64,000 nucleotides of DNA from an uncultured Bacteroidales bacterium (GCA_963763215.1 CAVXNX010000006.1:83718-147717), one strand, 5' to 3'; shown: positions 41,026 to 52,563, numbered from the stretch's first letter. The notes: generated by a model from the letters alone, not told the origin. Numbers and translations are program-made.

Positions 41026-43259
41026 ATGAAGAGAATTGCTGGCCTGTTCGTATTGTTCATCCTCTTTGCTGTTTCGGCTTTTCCGCAGGAAATGGCAAAG
41101 ATTAAACTTGTTGACAAGGTCACAGGGGAAGTGTTGCCTTTTGCGAACCTGTGCTTTGAAAACAAAACGCTGAATAAACAAACCTTTCAGGTCTCCGATA
41201 TCCACGGTGATGCCTCCGAGGCTATCAAGGGAAAAACCGTCGTCGCGGTATCCATGATCGGCTATGAAACGCTCATGGATACCCTCTACACCGGCGGAAC
41301 ATATACCTATAAGCTCAAACCTGCCGTTTTTGACATGGATGAGGTGGTGGTCACCGCCCAGATCACACCCAAAAAAGTCGATAATTCCATTTATAAGGTT
41401 AATGTCATCAGCAACCTCGATATCAAGGAAAAAGCGGCAAATAACCTTTCCGACCTGCTTTCCGATCGACTGAATTTCAGGATCACCCAGGATGCGGCCC
41501 TGGGCTCCGGTCTCATGCTGAACGGGCTCAAAGGTGAACACATCAAGATCCTGATCGACGGCGTTCCGGTGATCGGCCGGATGAACGGAAACCTCGACCT
41601 GGGACAACTCAACCTCAATAATGTCGATCATATCGAAGTGGTTGAAGGACCCATGTCGGTGCAATACGGTTCCAATGCCCTGGCGGGAGCCATTAACATC
41701 ATCACCCGGGAAAATACCCGGAATAACCTTACCGCCGGGATCAACAGCTATTATGAAACCGTTGGCGTTTACAATGCCGACGGCTCGTTCTCGATGAACC
41801 GGAAAAACCATTCGGCGGGATTGGATGTCGGTCGGAATTTCTTTGGAGGCTATCCCGCGGCCGGAAGGGATCCGGACCCGGCTCTTCAAACCCAAGGAAC
41901 AGTACTTTGGCGACGGATATTACGCCTTCCACTCCGGGGGAACAAAGATCAAGGCCGATGTACGCTATTTCCGCGAAACCCTCCTCCAGAACGGCGCCCC
42001 GGTAACGGTCGGGCATAATTACGGTCTCGCCTCAGATTCCCGGTTTTACACCAACCGGTTGACCGGCAAGCTGTTTTTTCAGCAAAAACTCGGGGAGAAC
42101 AGCAACCTGGATATCGTCAATGCCATGGCTGATTACCGCCGTGTAAAAAATACCTATCTCAACGATCTTGTCAGGCTGGAGAAAACCATCAACCCCGATG
42201 CCAGCCTCCAGGATACATCCACCTTCCGGGATTATATGTCCCGGGGAACCTGGTCCTATTCGCATCCCGACGGTACCTTCAACCTGCAGTCAGGCTATGA
42301 TTTCACCCTTGAAACCGGCACCGGGAAACGGATCCTCAACAATAAACAGGCCATCGGCGATTACGCGGTCTTTTCGACCATAAACCTTAGCATGATCCGC
42401 ACACTGGACCTTCAGGCAGGGCTTCGATATGCCTACAATACGCGATACGAAGCCCCGGTTGTGCCTTCACTGAACATTAAATTTTCACCTTCCAAAAAAT
42501 TGAACTTCCGGGCCTCCTATGTCAGAGGGTTTCGCGCCCCATCCCTTAAGGAACTTTATCTCGAATTCCAGGATATCAACCATAACATTCTGCCCAGCCC
42601 GAACCTGAAATCGGAAATGTCACACAACGTCAATGCCTCTGGAAATTACCGGTTTGATGCCGGAAAGAATTTTTTTGATCTCGAGGTGAACGGTTTTTAC
42701 AACCAGATCGAAAACAGCATCCAACTTGCCCTGGTCGATTCAGCGACCAACCAGTACGGTTATGTCAATGTCGATGGTTACACCACGAGCGGCGGATCGG
42801 TGAAGCTGAGATACAGGCTCCATCCCCGGTTTGAATTGTCGCTGGGAGAATCGGCCATTAACCATTATTATTACTTCACCGGGGAAAACGGCAGGGTCGA
42901 TGACCAGGCCATGAGCTATGAATTTACGGCCAACATGAATTATGACTCTCTTCAGGTATGATATGGTTTTTTCAATCTTCTATAAGTATACCGGGAAGTA
43001 TCCATTGCTCGCCGGTTCGGGAGATGACCTGCATTTCGGCATGGTCGACGCTTACAATACCATGGACATCACCCTGAATAAGTCCTTTTTCAACAAACAA
43101 TTGACCATCGGCACCGGGGTGAAGAACCTGTTCAACGTCACCAATGTTTTCAATGGAGGCGGATCGGCCGGGGTACATAGCGGGGGAGGGGATACCAGCC
43201 CTGTCTCATGGGGACGTTCCTGGTTTCTGAGGCTGGCTTATCAATTTGCAAAGTATTAA
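41026..43259 (+). pseudogene. TonB-dependent receptor (CarboxypepD_reg-like N-domain + plug + barrel), two frame disruptions (~41860, ~42945)
   Basis: Plug motif NVDHIEVVEGPMSVQYGSNALAGAINIITRE in ORF 41026..42018, barrel in 41825..42961, and terminal strands ...RSWFLRLAYQFAKY in 42942..43259. Confidence 0.85.
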
Positions 43260-43260
43260 C

Positions 43261-44277
43261 ATGAACGATCGATTCTATTTAGTCGCAATCGCCATCCTGA
43301 TGATGGCTCTTCTGCCATCCTGTTTTGAAAAGGATGAACGGATGCCGCCGCAGCCGCCCGGCGAAGAAGCCGATATTGCCCTGCAGAAATCCATTTACGA
43401 CTACCAGGTGTATTTCGATTTCAGTACCGGCACAGTGAAAGGCGGAATGGCCGAACGACAGCTGGGTGATGGCTTTCGATGCGTCCGGCGACGGATGGGA
43501 GGTGAATATCAATTCGGGGAACCTCTATGCCGTGGCACCCACCGGCGTTCATGATTTTGACTCCGTGACCTCCATCACCCAGGCAAGCGTTACCAGTTTG
43601 ATGCCGCCGACGGAAATCCCGATTCATGTGCCTTTGCGGACTGGCTCGACCGTTCCGTAATGCCCGCCCAACCCACGGGAGAAATTTTCCTCATCGGACA
43701 ATACGACGGGATCAAATACACGCCGATCTGGAAGGTCCGGATCGATTCGGTGAGCAGCACAGCCTTCTCGGTGACCTGTGCGGGCATGAAGGGACAGCCT
43801 GTTTCCTCGGTCGTGACGAAAGATCCCTCATTCAGCTTCATTCATACGGCCATCCAGGGAGATTCCCTTCACGTTGTTGACATCGAACCCCCAAAGACCG
43901 ACTGGGATCTGTTATTCACGCAGTATGGAACCATATTGTATACGGATAACGGCATCCCGACGCCTTATTTCGTCCGGGGTGTGCTCCTGAACCCCTATAA
44001 AGTGAATGCTGCCCTTGACTTCAGTGTTCCTTTCGATTCGATTGACTGGGATGCGGCTCAAAAATTCCACTATTCGGATAAACGGAATGCCATCGGGTAC
44101 GACTGGAAAGATGTTATCATTGATTTCGAATCGAACAGCGCTGAATATTTTGTGCGCAAGGATTCATCATGGGTCATTCAGGATACGGAAGGACGGTATT
44201 TTAAAATGCATTTTCTGAATTATTACAATTCCCTGCACCAGGTGGGATACCCCGAATTTGAATACCTGGAGTTATAG
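43261..44277 (+). pseudogene. HmuY-like lipoprotein, two frame disruptions (~43440, ~43585)
   Basis: Lipobox LLPSC in the ORF from 43261. DSWVMAFDASGDGWEVNINSGN lies in 43466..43660, and KTDWDLLFTQY...YDWKDV in 43660..44277. Confidence 0.65.
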
Positions 44278-44368
44278 ATGAAAGGTCTTTGAATTCGGGT
44301 TACAAACTGAATATTAACCGATGCCCGGCCTCGACGGCCGGTTGTCTTTTTCTTTAGAGGTAATCGTT

Positions 44369-44734
44369 ATGAAACCAATCCTGATCGCCGGTTCATCCAT
44401 CGTCACTGTGGCTCTCGTGCTTTACAGTATCTCCTATTTTTCATTTCACAAAAAGAAGACGATCACCCGGTCGTTGCTGCGCATCCAGACACTGGCACTG
44501 GTCTTCGACATCACCGCCACCACGCTGATGATCATCGGTTCGGAGAACAGCCCGTTCACTCTTCATGGCATCCTGGGATATTCCGCTCTCACGGTGATGA
44601 TTATCGACACCGGCTTTTTCTGGGCAAAACGGAAAACCGTTCAGCTCGGATGGCTTTCGGTCTATTCCACCGTTGCCTGGGTATGGTGGGTGGCCGCCTA
44701 CATCACCGGCAGCGCGATCGCGATGTCATCCTGA
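44369..44734 (+). CDS. four-TM membrane protein, HsmA/TIGR03987-like (possible haem-binding)
   Basis: LVFDITATTLM and LHGILGYSALTVMII resemble the conserved segments of that family as I remember them. Start taken at MKPILIAG. Confidence 0.45.
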   Translation: MKPILIAGSSIVTVALVLYSISYFSFHKKKTITRSLLRIQTLALVFDITATTLMIIGSENSPFTLHGILGYSALTVMIIDTGFFWAKRKTVQLGWLSVYSTVAWVWWVAAYITGSAIAMSS

Positions 44735-45045
44735 AGACAGAGATCCGGAAAATCCGGGCTTCGGCCATGAACCGTCCGCTCTATCATCGTTCACTCCCGA
44801 CCTGCTCCTGGTTTATACAGGAACCGGACAAACATCTTTTCTGCATTACTCGCCGTCTATTACTGACTTTGTCCGGCACTCGCCGGCGGGACAATGAATA
44901 TGTCTTATCAGTCCTGAAATAAAGCTCCTGCCAGATGTTCATGTCCAATGCGATTGGTTTCAGGGATTCAAATTTCCCGCTGCCATGACTTCGTCAATGC
45001 ACATGTCAGCTTTTCAGAACGGGGTGAAAGGGAGGATTTCAGCGC

Positions 45046-45081
45046 AAAAAAAATCCCCGGGATTTGCCCGGGGATTTTTTT
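45046..45081. terminator. bidirectional rho-independent terminator
   Basis: A7-ATCCCCGGG-atttg-CCCGGGGAT-T7. It lies 27 nt past the stop of the minus-strand hexahaem gene and downstream of the plus-strand hmuY-like operon. Confidence 0.8.
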
Positions 45082-45107
45082 CTTGAAGAATGATCAAATG
45101 TTCGTTG

Positions 45108-46138
45108 CTAATTAAAGGCTTCAATGGAATTCTGCAGAAGGGCTTTAATATAGGCGGGATTATGAATCCCTATACTTCTGTCTTCCGTAGCGAGATAATA
45201 ATTCAGCAGTGCTCCGGCCTGGTTTGCCGGGATGACAAGCGGCGTTGAAGCGCTGGCATTGACAAGTCCGGTGGCGTCGACCAGGATACCTGCATCGACA
45301 AGATCCGTTTTGAGGTTGTCGATCAAGAGCCTGTACATCGGTCTGAACATTGTGATAATCGAAGCTTTTGAGATCTGAATGGCATTTCTGGCATCCGGCG
45401 GTCAGTTCAACCGGACCATGTGAATCGTAGGTCATGTTGAAGGAATGACCTCCGGCAACAGCGCCGAAAGGTTCTGCCATATGGCAGGTGGTACAACCGG
45501 CGTCGTGATGCGTTGCGTCTGAACCGGACTTTGGATAAGGTGCAGAGCCCGGCAGATTCATAACCGCCTGTTCCCCAAACCATGGCAGACTGCGGTCCGT
45601 GATGGGGCCCCCAGCGGTTTGAGGTAATGCTGACATTTCCGCCGTTGAGTTCCGGCATTGGGTTGGGTATCCTCGGTTGATGGCAACTGATGCAGACATT
45701 GCTCTTTCCGAGATCGACCTCTGCACCGCTGATCATCATGGTGACGGGAGACTGACCTCTCAGATCGAAATCGGTAGTGTCATAATTTTCATGGATCATG
45801 TGACAGGTACGGCAGTTTACCGGAACCGGATTGGAAACATCAGCAGCCGTTGTTTCAGCACCGGTGCTCAAAACTTCAAGATACCCCTGGTGTGTGTGGC
45901 AGGGTGCGCAGTCGGAAGTGCTTCTCTCAAAGGTCGTACCGGTCTGATGTGCTGAATTGGATGCCTGGATCATTTTCGCCAGTACAGTGGTTTTATCGTT
46001 ATGACACTGTATGCATGTTTCGTTGGCGTCCTGGCCAGCCGGTCCTGCCGGTCCCTCGCAGGAGGTAAGGAAACTCAGCCCGATCCCCACAGAGAAAATC
46101 ATCGTCGCTGCAGCGAAGGTAAAGGAGAATTTTTTCAT
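45108..46138 (-). pseudogene. hexahaem c-type cytochrome lipoprotein, two frame disruptions (~45560, ~45320)
   Basis: Lipobox LTSC then GPAGPAGQD. CIQCH, CAPCH, CRTCH and CISCH are in ORF 45407..46138. CTTCH and CQKCH are in 45160..45726. The C-terminal part is in 45108..45350. Confidence 0.8.
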
Positions 46139-46431
46139 ATCTATTCGTGTTATTTAATTAACATAAAACATTTTAAAAATACTCCGATTCTCCTATTTAT
46201 TCAAAGTAATACAGGTGATATGCATTAGATATAAAGCCGATATAGACGACAGCTGCGACGTTTCCATGTCTGTCAAAATATCGACATATATCGACGAAAT
46301 ACCCGGCATTGATTTTGCCTGACGATCAATCCGTTGGATTCTCTCCGCAATGATTCGGTTATCTTCCGGCTTTTGTGAGCAGTTGGTCCGGCTGGTTTCA
46401 AATCCGGACTTGAAATCTTGCATTTTCGGGT

Positions 46432-46439
46432 TATCTTTG
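46432..46439 (+). promoter_or_regulatory. candidate -7 promoter box TATCTTTG
   Basis: Matches TAnnTTTG, 24 nt upstream of ATG 46463. Confidence 0.35.
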
Positions 46440-46462
46440 GTCTATTCTCAAACCTAACGACG

Positions 46463-47605
46463 ATGTCTAAAACACGGATTTCCCCCAGATCTGGTCTGGT
46501 TTTCGCCGGATCGGCCATTGCCATTACGATTCTCATCATTTCCGGATTCAGAGGGCCCTCGCAGGGCATGAAGCTCACTTCGCCGGTATCCCACCCGGAA
46601 GGGGATGACATCCGGTTATGCCAGGTTTACCGGGATTACTTTCCGGTGGGAACCGCCGTTTCGGTGAGGACCCTATCTGGTCCTGATACCCTCCTTCTGT
46701 TGAAGCATTTTAACAGTGTCACCCCCGAGAATGCCCTGAAGCCCGGACCCGTTCATCCGGAGATCGACCGGTATGATTGGCGCGGAGCCGACAGGATCGT
46801 GGATTTCGCCACACGGCACGGGATGAAAATTCACGGGCATGTGCTGGTGTGGCATGAGCAGGCCCCCGGTTGGCTCTTCAAATCGGGAGACGGAAAGGTT
46901 TCCCGGGATGAACTTCTCCGGCGAATGAAAGACCATATCTTTACCGTTATGACGAGATATAAGGGCCGTATCGATGCATGGGATGTTGTGAATGAAGCGG
47001 TGGCTGACCAGGGACCGGAAATTTACCGTCGTAATGAATGGTATGAGATCTGCGGAGAGGATTATGTCAGGCTGGCCTTTGAATATGCCCATCAGGCGGA
47101 TCCTTCCGCCCGCCTGTTCTACAATGATTATAACATTGTCCTCCCGGAGAAAAGAGAGCGGGCTTACCGGTTGCTGAAGAAACTCCTCGGGGAAGGTGTT
47201 CCGGTCACCGGTGTGGGAATCCAGGGGCACTGGTCCGTGTTCGAACCCTCAGAGCAGGAACTGGAGGAGGCCATCCGGCGATTTTCCTCTCTCGGCTTAG
47301 AGGTGCAGATCACCGAGCTTGACATGTCGGTTTATAAGTGGGAGAAAGACCGCCGGGAAAAATATCCCGGTGAAGCAGACACTCTGACCGCCGGGATGGA
47401 AGCCGACCAGGTGGCTCAATATGGAATGATTTTCCGTACACTGCGGGAAAACAAAGAAGCCGTAACCGGCGTGACCTTTTGGGGAATGACCGATCGGACC
47501 TCCTGGCTGAATCATTACCCGGTCAGGGGCCGAAAGAATTATCCCCTCCTTTTTGACCGGGAGGGGAAGCCCAAGAATGCTTTTTTTGAAGTGGTGAACT
47601 TCTGA
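46463..47605 (+). CDS. GH10 endo-1,4-beta-xylanase
   Basis: NSVTPENALKP, HGHVLVWHEQAPGW, WDVVNEA and ITELDMS (catalytic Glu motifs). The ORF track start at 46418 is a TTG. Confidence 0.9.
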   Translation: MSKTRISPRSGLVFAGSAIAITILIISGFRGPSQGMKLTSPVSHPEGDDIRLCQVYRDYFPVGTAVSVRTLSGPDTLLLLKHFNSVTPENALKPGPVHPEIDRYDWRGADRIVDFATRHGMKIHGHVLVWHEQAPGWLFKSGDGKVSRDELLRRMKDHIFTVMTRYKGRIDAWDVVNEAVADQGPEIYRRNEWYEICGEDYVRLAFEYAHQADPSARLFYNDYNIVLPEKRERAYRLLKKLLGEGVPVTGVGIQGHWSVFEPSEQELEEAIRRFSSLGLEVQITELDMSVYKWEKDRREKYPGEADTLTAGMEADQVAQYGMIFRTLRENKEAVTGVTFWGMTDRTSWLNHYPVRGRKNYPLLFDREGKPKNAFFEVVNF

Positions 47606-47660
47606 ACGTTTTTTAATCGTCAGGGTCACGGGTGATCATCGCCTGAAAAATCCCCGGAGC

Positions 47661-48104
47661 TTAGAACCTTCTCGTGGTCAGTATAATATCCGAATCGGGT
47701 TCCGGTGTCCCCGGATCCCTTTCAGCCGTGACAAAGATTTTTGTCGGTTTAACCGACGAGACGGTTTTAAAATCGGCTTTGAGCCTTTTGGAGAATAAAC
47801 CCGAACCGCTGGTGATCTGTCCGATATTTTTGGTCTCCTGATTTTCGGACTCCATCCAAACGACGTACACATCCTTCGGAGGATGAAGATTCTGAGGAGG
47901 AGCCAGGTTCTCGATTTGAACGGAAATCACGTAATTATCATTTTTATCCTGCTTCACCGATACCGATCCTTCGGCAGCCGGGACGACGGGTGAACTCAGG
48001 AAGGGTGCCTTCGTGGCGCATGACCCAAGAAAGAGCAGCATCAGGATGAGAGGGATCGCCGCCATGAAAGGGTGTGGCCGTTTAAGAGGGTTTTGTGTTT
48101 TCAT
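47661..48104 (-). CDS. hypothetical lipoprotein
   Basis: Signal peptide with lipobox FLGSC and a beta-rich 147-aa body. Family not recognised. Confidence 0.55.
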   Translation of the reverse strand: MKTQNPLKRPHPFMAAIPLILMLLFLGSCATKAPFLSSPVVPAAEGSVSVKQDKNDNYVISVQIENLAPPQNLHPPKDVYVVWMESENQETKNIGQITSGSGLFSKRLKADFKTVSSVKPTKIFVTAERDPGTPEPDSDIILTTRRF

Positions 48105-49003
48105 CTATAAGTTAGTGAATTTTTGGTGAAGATGTCTGAGTGAAATCATCGTTTATATATATAAACACTTATAAACCAAAAAGTTCACAGTTCAGGGGCG
48201 AAAAGTGTTGATGACAATGCCGGGTGGATGCAAAAAGAAATGGCCTGACCCCATTTTTCCACGACATTTTTCGTAAAGAACGGCAGGCATTGAAAGGCAG
48301 AAGGTGCACTGGCTTAGCGGGAGTTTTTACATGTCCGGGAGCTTCGAACCGTGTTTCATTCTCTCCCGGTTTGCCATTTTCCCTTTCATCAATGGTCATT
48401 CGGAAAGCCGGAATGGGGGGAAGTGAAACTCTGCGGTAATTCGGCCATGCAGGATGGTGGTGAATTTTACCGGTCAGGCGATGTCATGTATTGATTTTCT
48501 TAGACCTTTTTGATTAGACGTGAAGAAAATATGGTCACTGATCAATGATAAATCAAGGTTTATCAATACGAGTATGCTATTGATCCCAAGTGGTTTGTTA
48601 ATAATTTGTTAATGACTTACTTTTAATATGGTGCTTGGAAAAGTACCATTCGCCAGACAGGACATATTGAAACTAAAGGCGTTGATTGAGGAAAATGGAA
48701 AAACAGTCCTAACTCTCTCAATAACAACATGATTAACTTTAGAAAATTCAATATTTACTGGGACTGACGTGACGGAAGTTTATATATCTCTAAGCTTGAG
48801 ATATTCTAAAGCAATTTCACTCCTTCATAAAAATTCTTCAGAGGATATACAAGCCCAATCTTTCCCAAAAAGTAATATTCACTTAACGGAGGAATTATAC
48901 TATGGATTTAACAAGTTATCATTTGCCGATTACTGAATAAGATTTCATCCTAAAATACTTCGATCCATCACCAAATTAAATGATATAAACAAATATTTTC
49001 ACT

Positions 49004-49792
49004 ATGAAACCTTTCCTCGGACATCCTTTCTTCGTCTTTTTTCTTATGCTAATTTCCTGTTCAATGCTATTAAGTTCTTGTGTAATGCAACGCAATGTAG
49101 AATATTTACAGGATAAGAATGATTCTATTAAAACATTTGAAGAGGTCGTTTTGCCCGATTATAAGCTTAAGACCAATGATGAATTATATATTCAGATAAA
49201 TAGTCTCGATGATGCATCAGCCAATGTATTTTCCAGTGGTCGTGAATCTTCATATAATATAGGTACCATGCAGCCTTATGGCGCGTCCCTTATATCATAT
49301 TCAGTGGATAAAGAAGGCTATCTACTTTTGCCTGTTATAGGAAAGATTCAGGTCGAGGAAAAGACATTACCAGAAGTAAGTAGTATTTTACAGGATTCAC
49401 TTAGCCATATTCTGAATCATCCGATAATAACAGTAAAGCTTGTCAACAGGTATGTTTCGGTTTTGGGAGAAGTGAGAAGCCCGGGACATTTTGCGTTCGC
49501 ACAGGATAAGATCTCCATATACGACGCAATTAGTCTTGCAGGAGATATTACTGAATATGGAAATCGTGAAAATGTGATCCTTGTTCGTAACGAATTTGGG
49601 GAGAACAAACGAATCAATGTTGACCTGACTAGTTCAGATATTCTCGCCTCTACATATTATAATCTCAGACCAAATGATATAGTTTATGTTAAGCCTCTAA
49701 GTAAAAAGTTCTGGGGAATGAGACAATTTCCATTTGATATTTTGCTTTCATCTTTAACAACTGGGTTATTAATTTATAGTGTATTTAAATAG
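49004..49792 (+). CDS. wza: polysaccharide export outer-membrane protein (Wza/BexD family)
   Basis: YKLKTNDELYIQI (Poly_export-like) and VSVLGEVRSPGHF (SLBB-like). It is the first gene of the AT-rich locus. Confidence 0.8.
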   Translation: MKPFLGHPFFVFFLMLISCSMLLSSCVMQRNVEYLQDKNDSIKTFEEVVLPDYKLKTNDELYIQINSLDDASANVFSSGRESSYNIGTMQPYGASLISYSVDKEGYLLLPVIGKIQVEEKTLPEVSSILQDSLSHILNHPIITVKLVNRYVSVLGEVRSPGHFAFAQDKISIYDAISLAGDITEYGNRENVILVRNEFGENKRINVDLTSSDILASTYYNLRPNDIVYVKPLSKKFWGMRQFPFDILLSSLTTGLLIYSVFK

Positions 49793-49971
49793 GTTGATGA
49801 CCGTATTTAATAGTTAGATGTTGAGATGTTAAAAGTTCTAAAAATTTGAATGAATTGTTAGATAAATAATTATATATTATAATGAAAATACTTCGGCAAG
49901 TCAGATACTTACGATTTTCTTTATTCGGAACTTATTATTTCAGAATATATGAATCTTAATATTAAACTTTT

Positions 49972-52398
49972 ATGTCACAAAGAAGAAACATAAATGTCCA
50001 GGACGAAAATGATTTCAAAAAGGTAGTTGGATTATTCTTTAGGAATTTTAAGTTATTCACTATTAGTTTAATAATCGCAATTGCACTTGCATTTTTCATC
50101 AACCATTATTCAATTCCAGTTTATAAAATATCATCCTCAATTCTTATTAAAGAAAATAAAGCTCAACAAAGTAGTGGAGATGTTAATAATTTTCTCAATA
50201 GCAGTTTATTTGGAAATAATCAAAATTTTCAGAATGAACTCTGGGTGTTGAAATCTTCGCCTGTTATGGAACAAACTGTAAGAGACTTGGATTTGTTGGT
50301 TAATTATTATGAAAAAAGTGACTTCAAGTACCAGGATGCGTATCAGAATATACCCTTCAGAGTGATTTTTATAAAGGACCATCCTCAACCGATCAATGTA
50401 AAATTTGAACTCACATTTTTGATTGATGGATATTTCAACCTAAAGGCGAAATCAAAAGAAGCAGTCTTCTATAATTTTGAAACCGGACAGGCCGCAAAGA
50501 TCAAGGACAGATGGTCGTTCAATAAAAATGGAATATTCGGTGAATTAATAGAAACCGACGACCTGGCATTTATTATCGAGGCTGATAGTAGCATCCACAC
50601 ACTTAAAGAAAGTATACAAACATATGCATTTGAATTTAAAACAGTGACCCAATTGAAAAATGAACTCAAAAACATGCTGGAGTTTAATGTTGTGGATAAA
50701 ATGGCAACAGTGATAGAAATTAGTATAAAAATGGAATCTGTAAAAAAAGGGGAAGATATTGTCAATGAACTGATGGATGTTTATTCCTCTCAAAACCTGG
50801 AAAGAAAAAATCACATTGCCAGTATTACAATTGATTATATTGAAAAACAACTGGATGAGATTTCTGATTCATTAAGCCAGACGGAAGATCATTTGCAAAG
50901 TTTCCGTTCGTCAAACCAGTTATTAAATGTGAAGGAACAGGCAAATGACATATCTCAACTGTATATGAATTTGCAAAATCAACTTGCAGAATTGGTTACC
51001 AGGAAGCAATATTATGATTATGTTGCCGACTATCTGGAAAAGAATAGTAATTTTTCAAATATGATTATTCCCTCCTCTCTTGGAATACAGGATCCTCTAC
51101 TTAATAATCTTATGTCTGAGCTCATTTCGGCACAGGCACAACGATCAAATCTTATCGAAAACAATCAGGAGAGAAATCCGCTTGTCCAAAAACTCGGTAT
51201 CCAGATAGATAATGTTAAAGAGACGATATTTGAAAACATTACAGAAGTGATTAAGACTACCAATATGGCAATTGAAGAAATGAATAAGAGGATAAGCAAA
51301 ACCAAGGCAGAAATCAGCAGATTACCTCAAACGCAACGTGAACTTGGAAGCATTGAACGCAAATATAGCCTTAATAATGCGATATATAATTACCTGCTCG
51401 AGAAGAGAGCCGAGGCTAAAATTACAAAAGCTTCAAACCTGCCCGACAATTTAATAATCGAGCCTGCTGCTATGGTTGGTATGACACCCATTTCACCAAA
51501 TAAGCGCATCAATTATATCATCGCTTTGATTTTTGGGATGGCTTTGCCATTCGGTTTTTTAACTTTGAAAAGCGCTCTTAATAATAAAATTGAAGGACAG
51601 GATGATATCGAACAATTGACATCAGAACCAATCTTGGGAAAAATTCTACATAATCGATATAAAACAGAGAATGTTATGTTTGAATTTCCTAAATCGGATA
51701 TTGCGGAATCCTTTCGTGCCCTTCGGACTAATCTTGATTTCTATGTAAGGGGGGGGCATAAGAAAGTGGTGATGGTAACTTCGTGTTTCGAAAAGGAAGG
51801 TAAAACATTTGTTGCATTGAACCTTGCAATGAGTTACGCTCAATTAGGGCGTAAGACTATTCTAGTAGATTTTGATTTGCGCAAACCGAAGAAATATTTT
51901 AATAATGTGGAAAAATTTCATGACGGGCTAAGCTCCTACATGATCGATAAAATTAGCCTTGGTGATATTATTCATAAATCTCCTCATGAGAATCTGGATT
52001 ATATAATGGCAGGAATTTTACCTCCCAATCCGGTGGAATTAATAGCCGATGATAAAACTGAAAAGCTTTTAGCCATCCTTAAGGATGTATATGATATTAT
52101 TGTTTTGGATACTACTCCTTTGGCTCAGGTTACAGATGCTTACTTGTTGTTGAATCATTCAGAGTTAAAAATACTTGTGACCCGCCAAAATCTTACAATA
52201 AAGAAAGTATTCTCATTGATTGTCAAGGATCTGCAGCTTAAACGAGTTGATAATGTCTGTGTAGTCTTAAATGATAATAAAATATACGGCGATCAGTATG
52301 GATATGGTTATGGGTATAATGGTAAGGGAAAATCAGGGAAACAAATAAAACAGAGTGGCGCGAGAACGGCACAAGAAAATAAAATTAGAACCAGTTGA
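49972..52398 (+). CDS. wzc: chain-length determinant / tyrosine autokinase (Wzc/GumC-type)
   Basis: 808 aa: an N-terminal Wzz-like region with a long coiled coil, the P-loop region VTSCFEKEGKTFVALNLA, IIVLDTTP, and a C-terminal Tyr cluster YGDQYGYGYGYNG. Confidence 0.85.
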   Translation: MSQRRNINVQDENDFKKVVGLFFRNFKLFTISLIIAIALAFFINHYSIPVYKISSSILIKENKAQQSSGDVNNFLNSSLFGNNQNFQNELWVLKSSPVMEQTVRDLDLLVNYYEKSDFKYQDAYQNIPFRVIFIKDHPQPINVKFELTFLIDGYFNLKAKSKEAVFYNFETGQAAKIKDRWSFNKNGIFGELIETDDLAFIIEADSSIHTLKESIQTYAFEFKTVTQLKNELKNMLEFNVVDKMATVIEISIKMESVKKGEDIVNELMDVYSSQNLERKNHIASITIDYIEKQLDEISDSLSQTEDHLQSFRSSNQLLNVKEQANDISQLYMNLQNQLAELVTRKQYYDYVADYLEKNSNFSNMIIPSSLGIQDPLLNNLMSELISAQAQRSNLIENNQERNPLVQKLGIQIDNVKETIFENITEVIKTTNMAIEEMNKRISKTKAEISRLPQTQRELGSIERKYSLNNAIYNYLLEKRAEAKITKASNLPDNLIIEPAAMVGMTPISPNKRINYIIALIFGMALPFGFLTLKSALNNKIEGQDDIEQLTSEPILGKILHNRYKTENVMFEFPKSDIAESFRALRTNLDFYVRGGHKKVVMVTSCFEKEGKTFVALNLAMSYAQLGRKTILVDFDLRKPKKYFNNVEKFHDGLSSYMIDKISLGDIIHKSPHENLDYIMAGILPPNPVELIADDKTEKLLAILKDVYDIIVLDTTPLAQVTDAYLLLNHSELKILVTRQNLTIKKVFSLIVKDLQLKRVDNVCVVLNDNKIYGDQYGYGYGYNGKGKSGKQIKQSGARTAQENKIRTS

Positions 52399-52563
52399 TA
52401 TCGAATAAATGAGTATTTTGATCTGATTAATTATTCTAAAATCTAATACCTGAATTAGTTTTCAAGTTACAGTTCAGAACGGTATCGAAAAAAACATAAA
52501 AACATTTGTAACCTGCATTTATAAATAAGATCATCTTTCCTGTTTATAATATATGAATTCAAA

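Noticed and set aside
39847-41895. 682-aa ORF on the minus strand, the longest unexplained ORF in the track
   Set aside because: It lies entirely antisense to the HmuY-like and TonB-receptor genes. Its sequence is low-complexity (G/R/I/V-rich) with no motifs, while the plus-strand genes carry clear family signatures. It is a shadow ORF typical of GC-rich coding DNA.
48330-48380. tRNA-like T-loop sequence (reverse complement GGTTCGAAG) near the compositional boundary, which could have marked an integration site
   Set aside because: The flanking bases do not form a T-stem (CACGG versus CTCCC) and no acceptor or anticodon arms can be drawn. It is not a tRNA or a tRNA fragment.
48628-48732. 34-codon ORF (MVLGKVPFARQDILKLKALIEENGKTVLTLSITT) in the 900-bp leader before wza, and a 16-bp AT palindrome GTTTATATATATAAAC at 48151-48166
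   Set aside because: The ORF is too short and has no motifs, so it may be a gene remnant. The palindrome is pure AT and could arise by chance in AT-rich DNA. I found no inverted-repeat pair flanking a promoter (invertible-promoter architecture).
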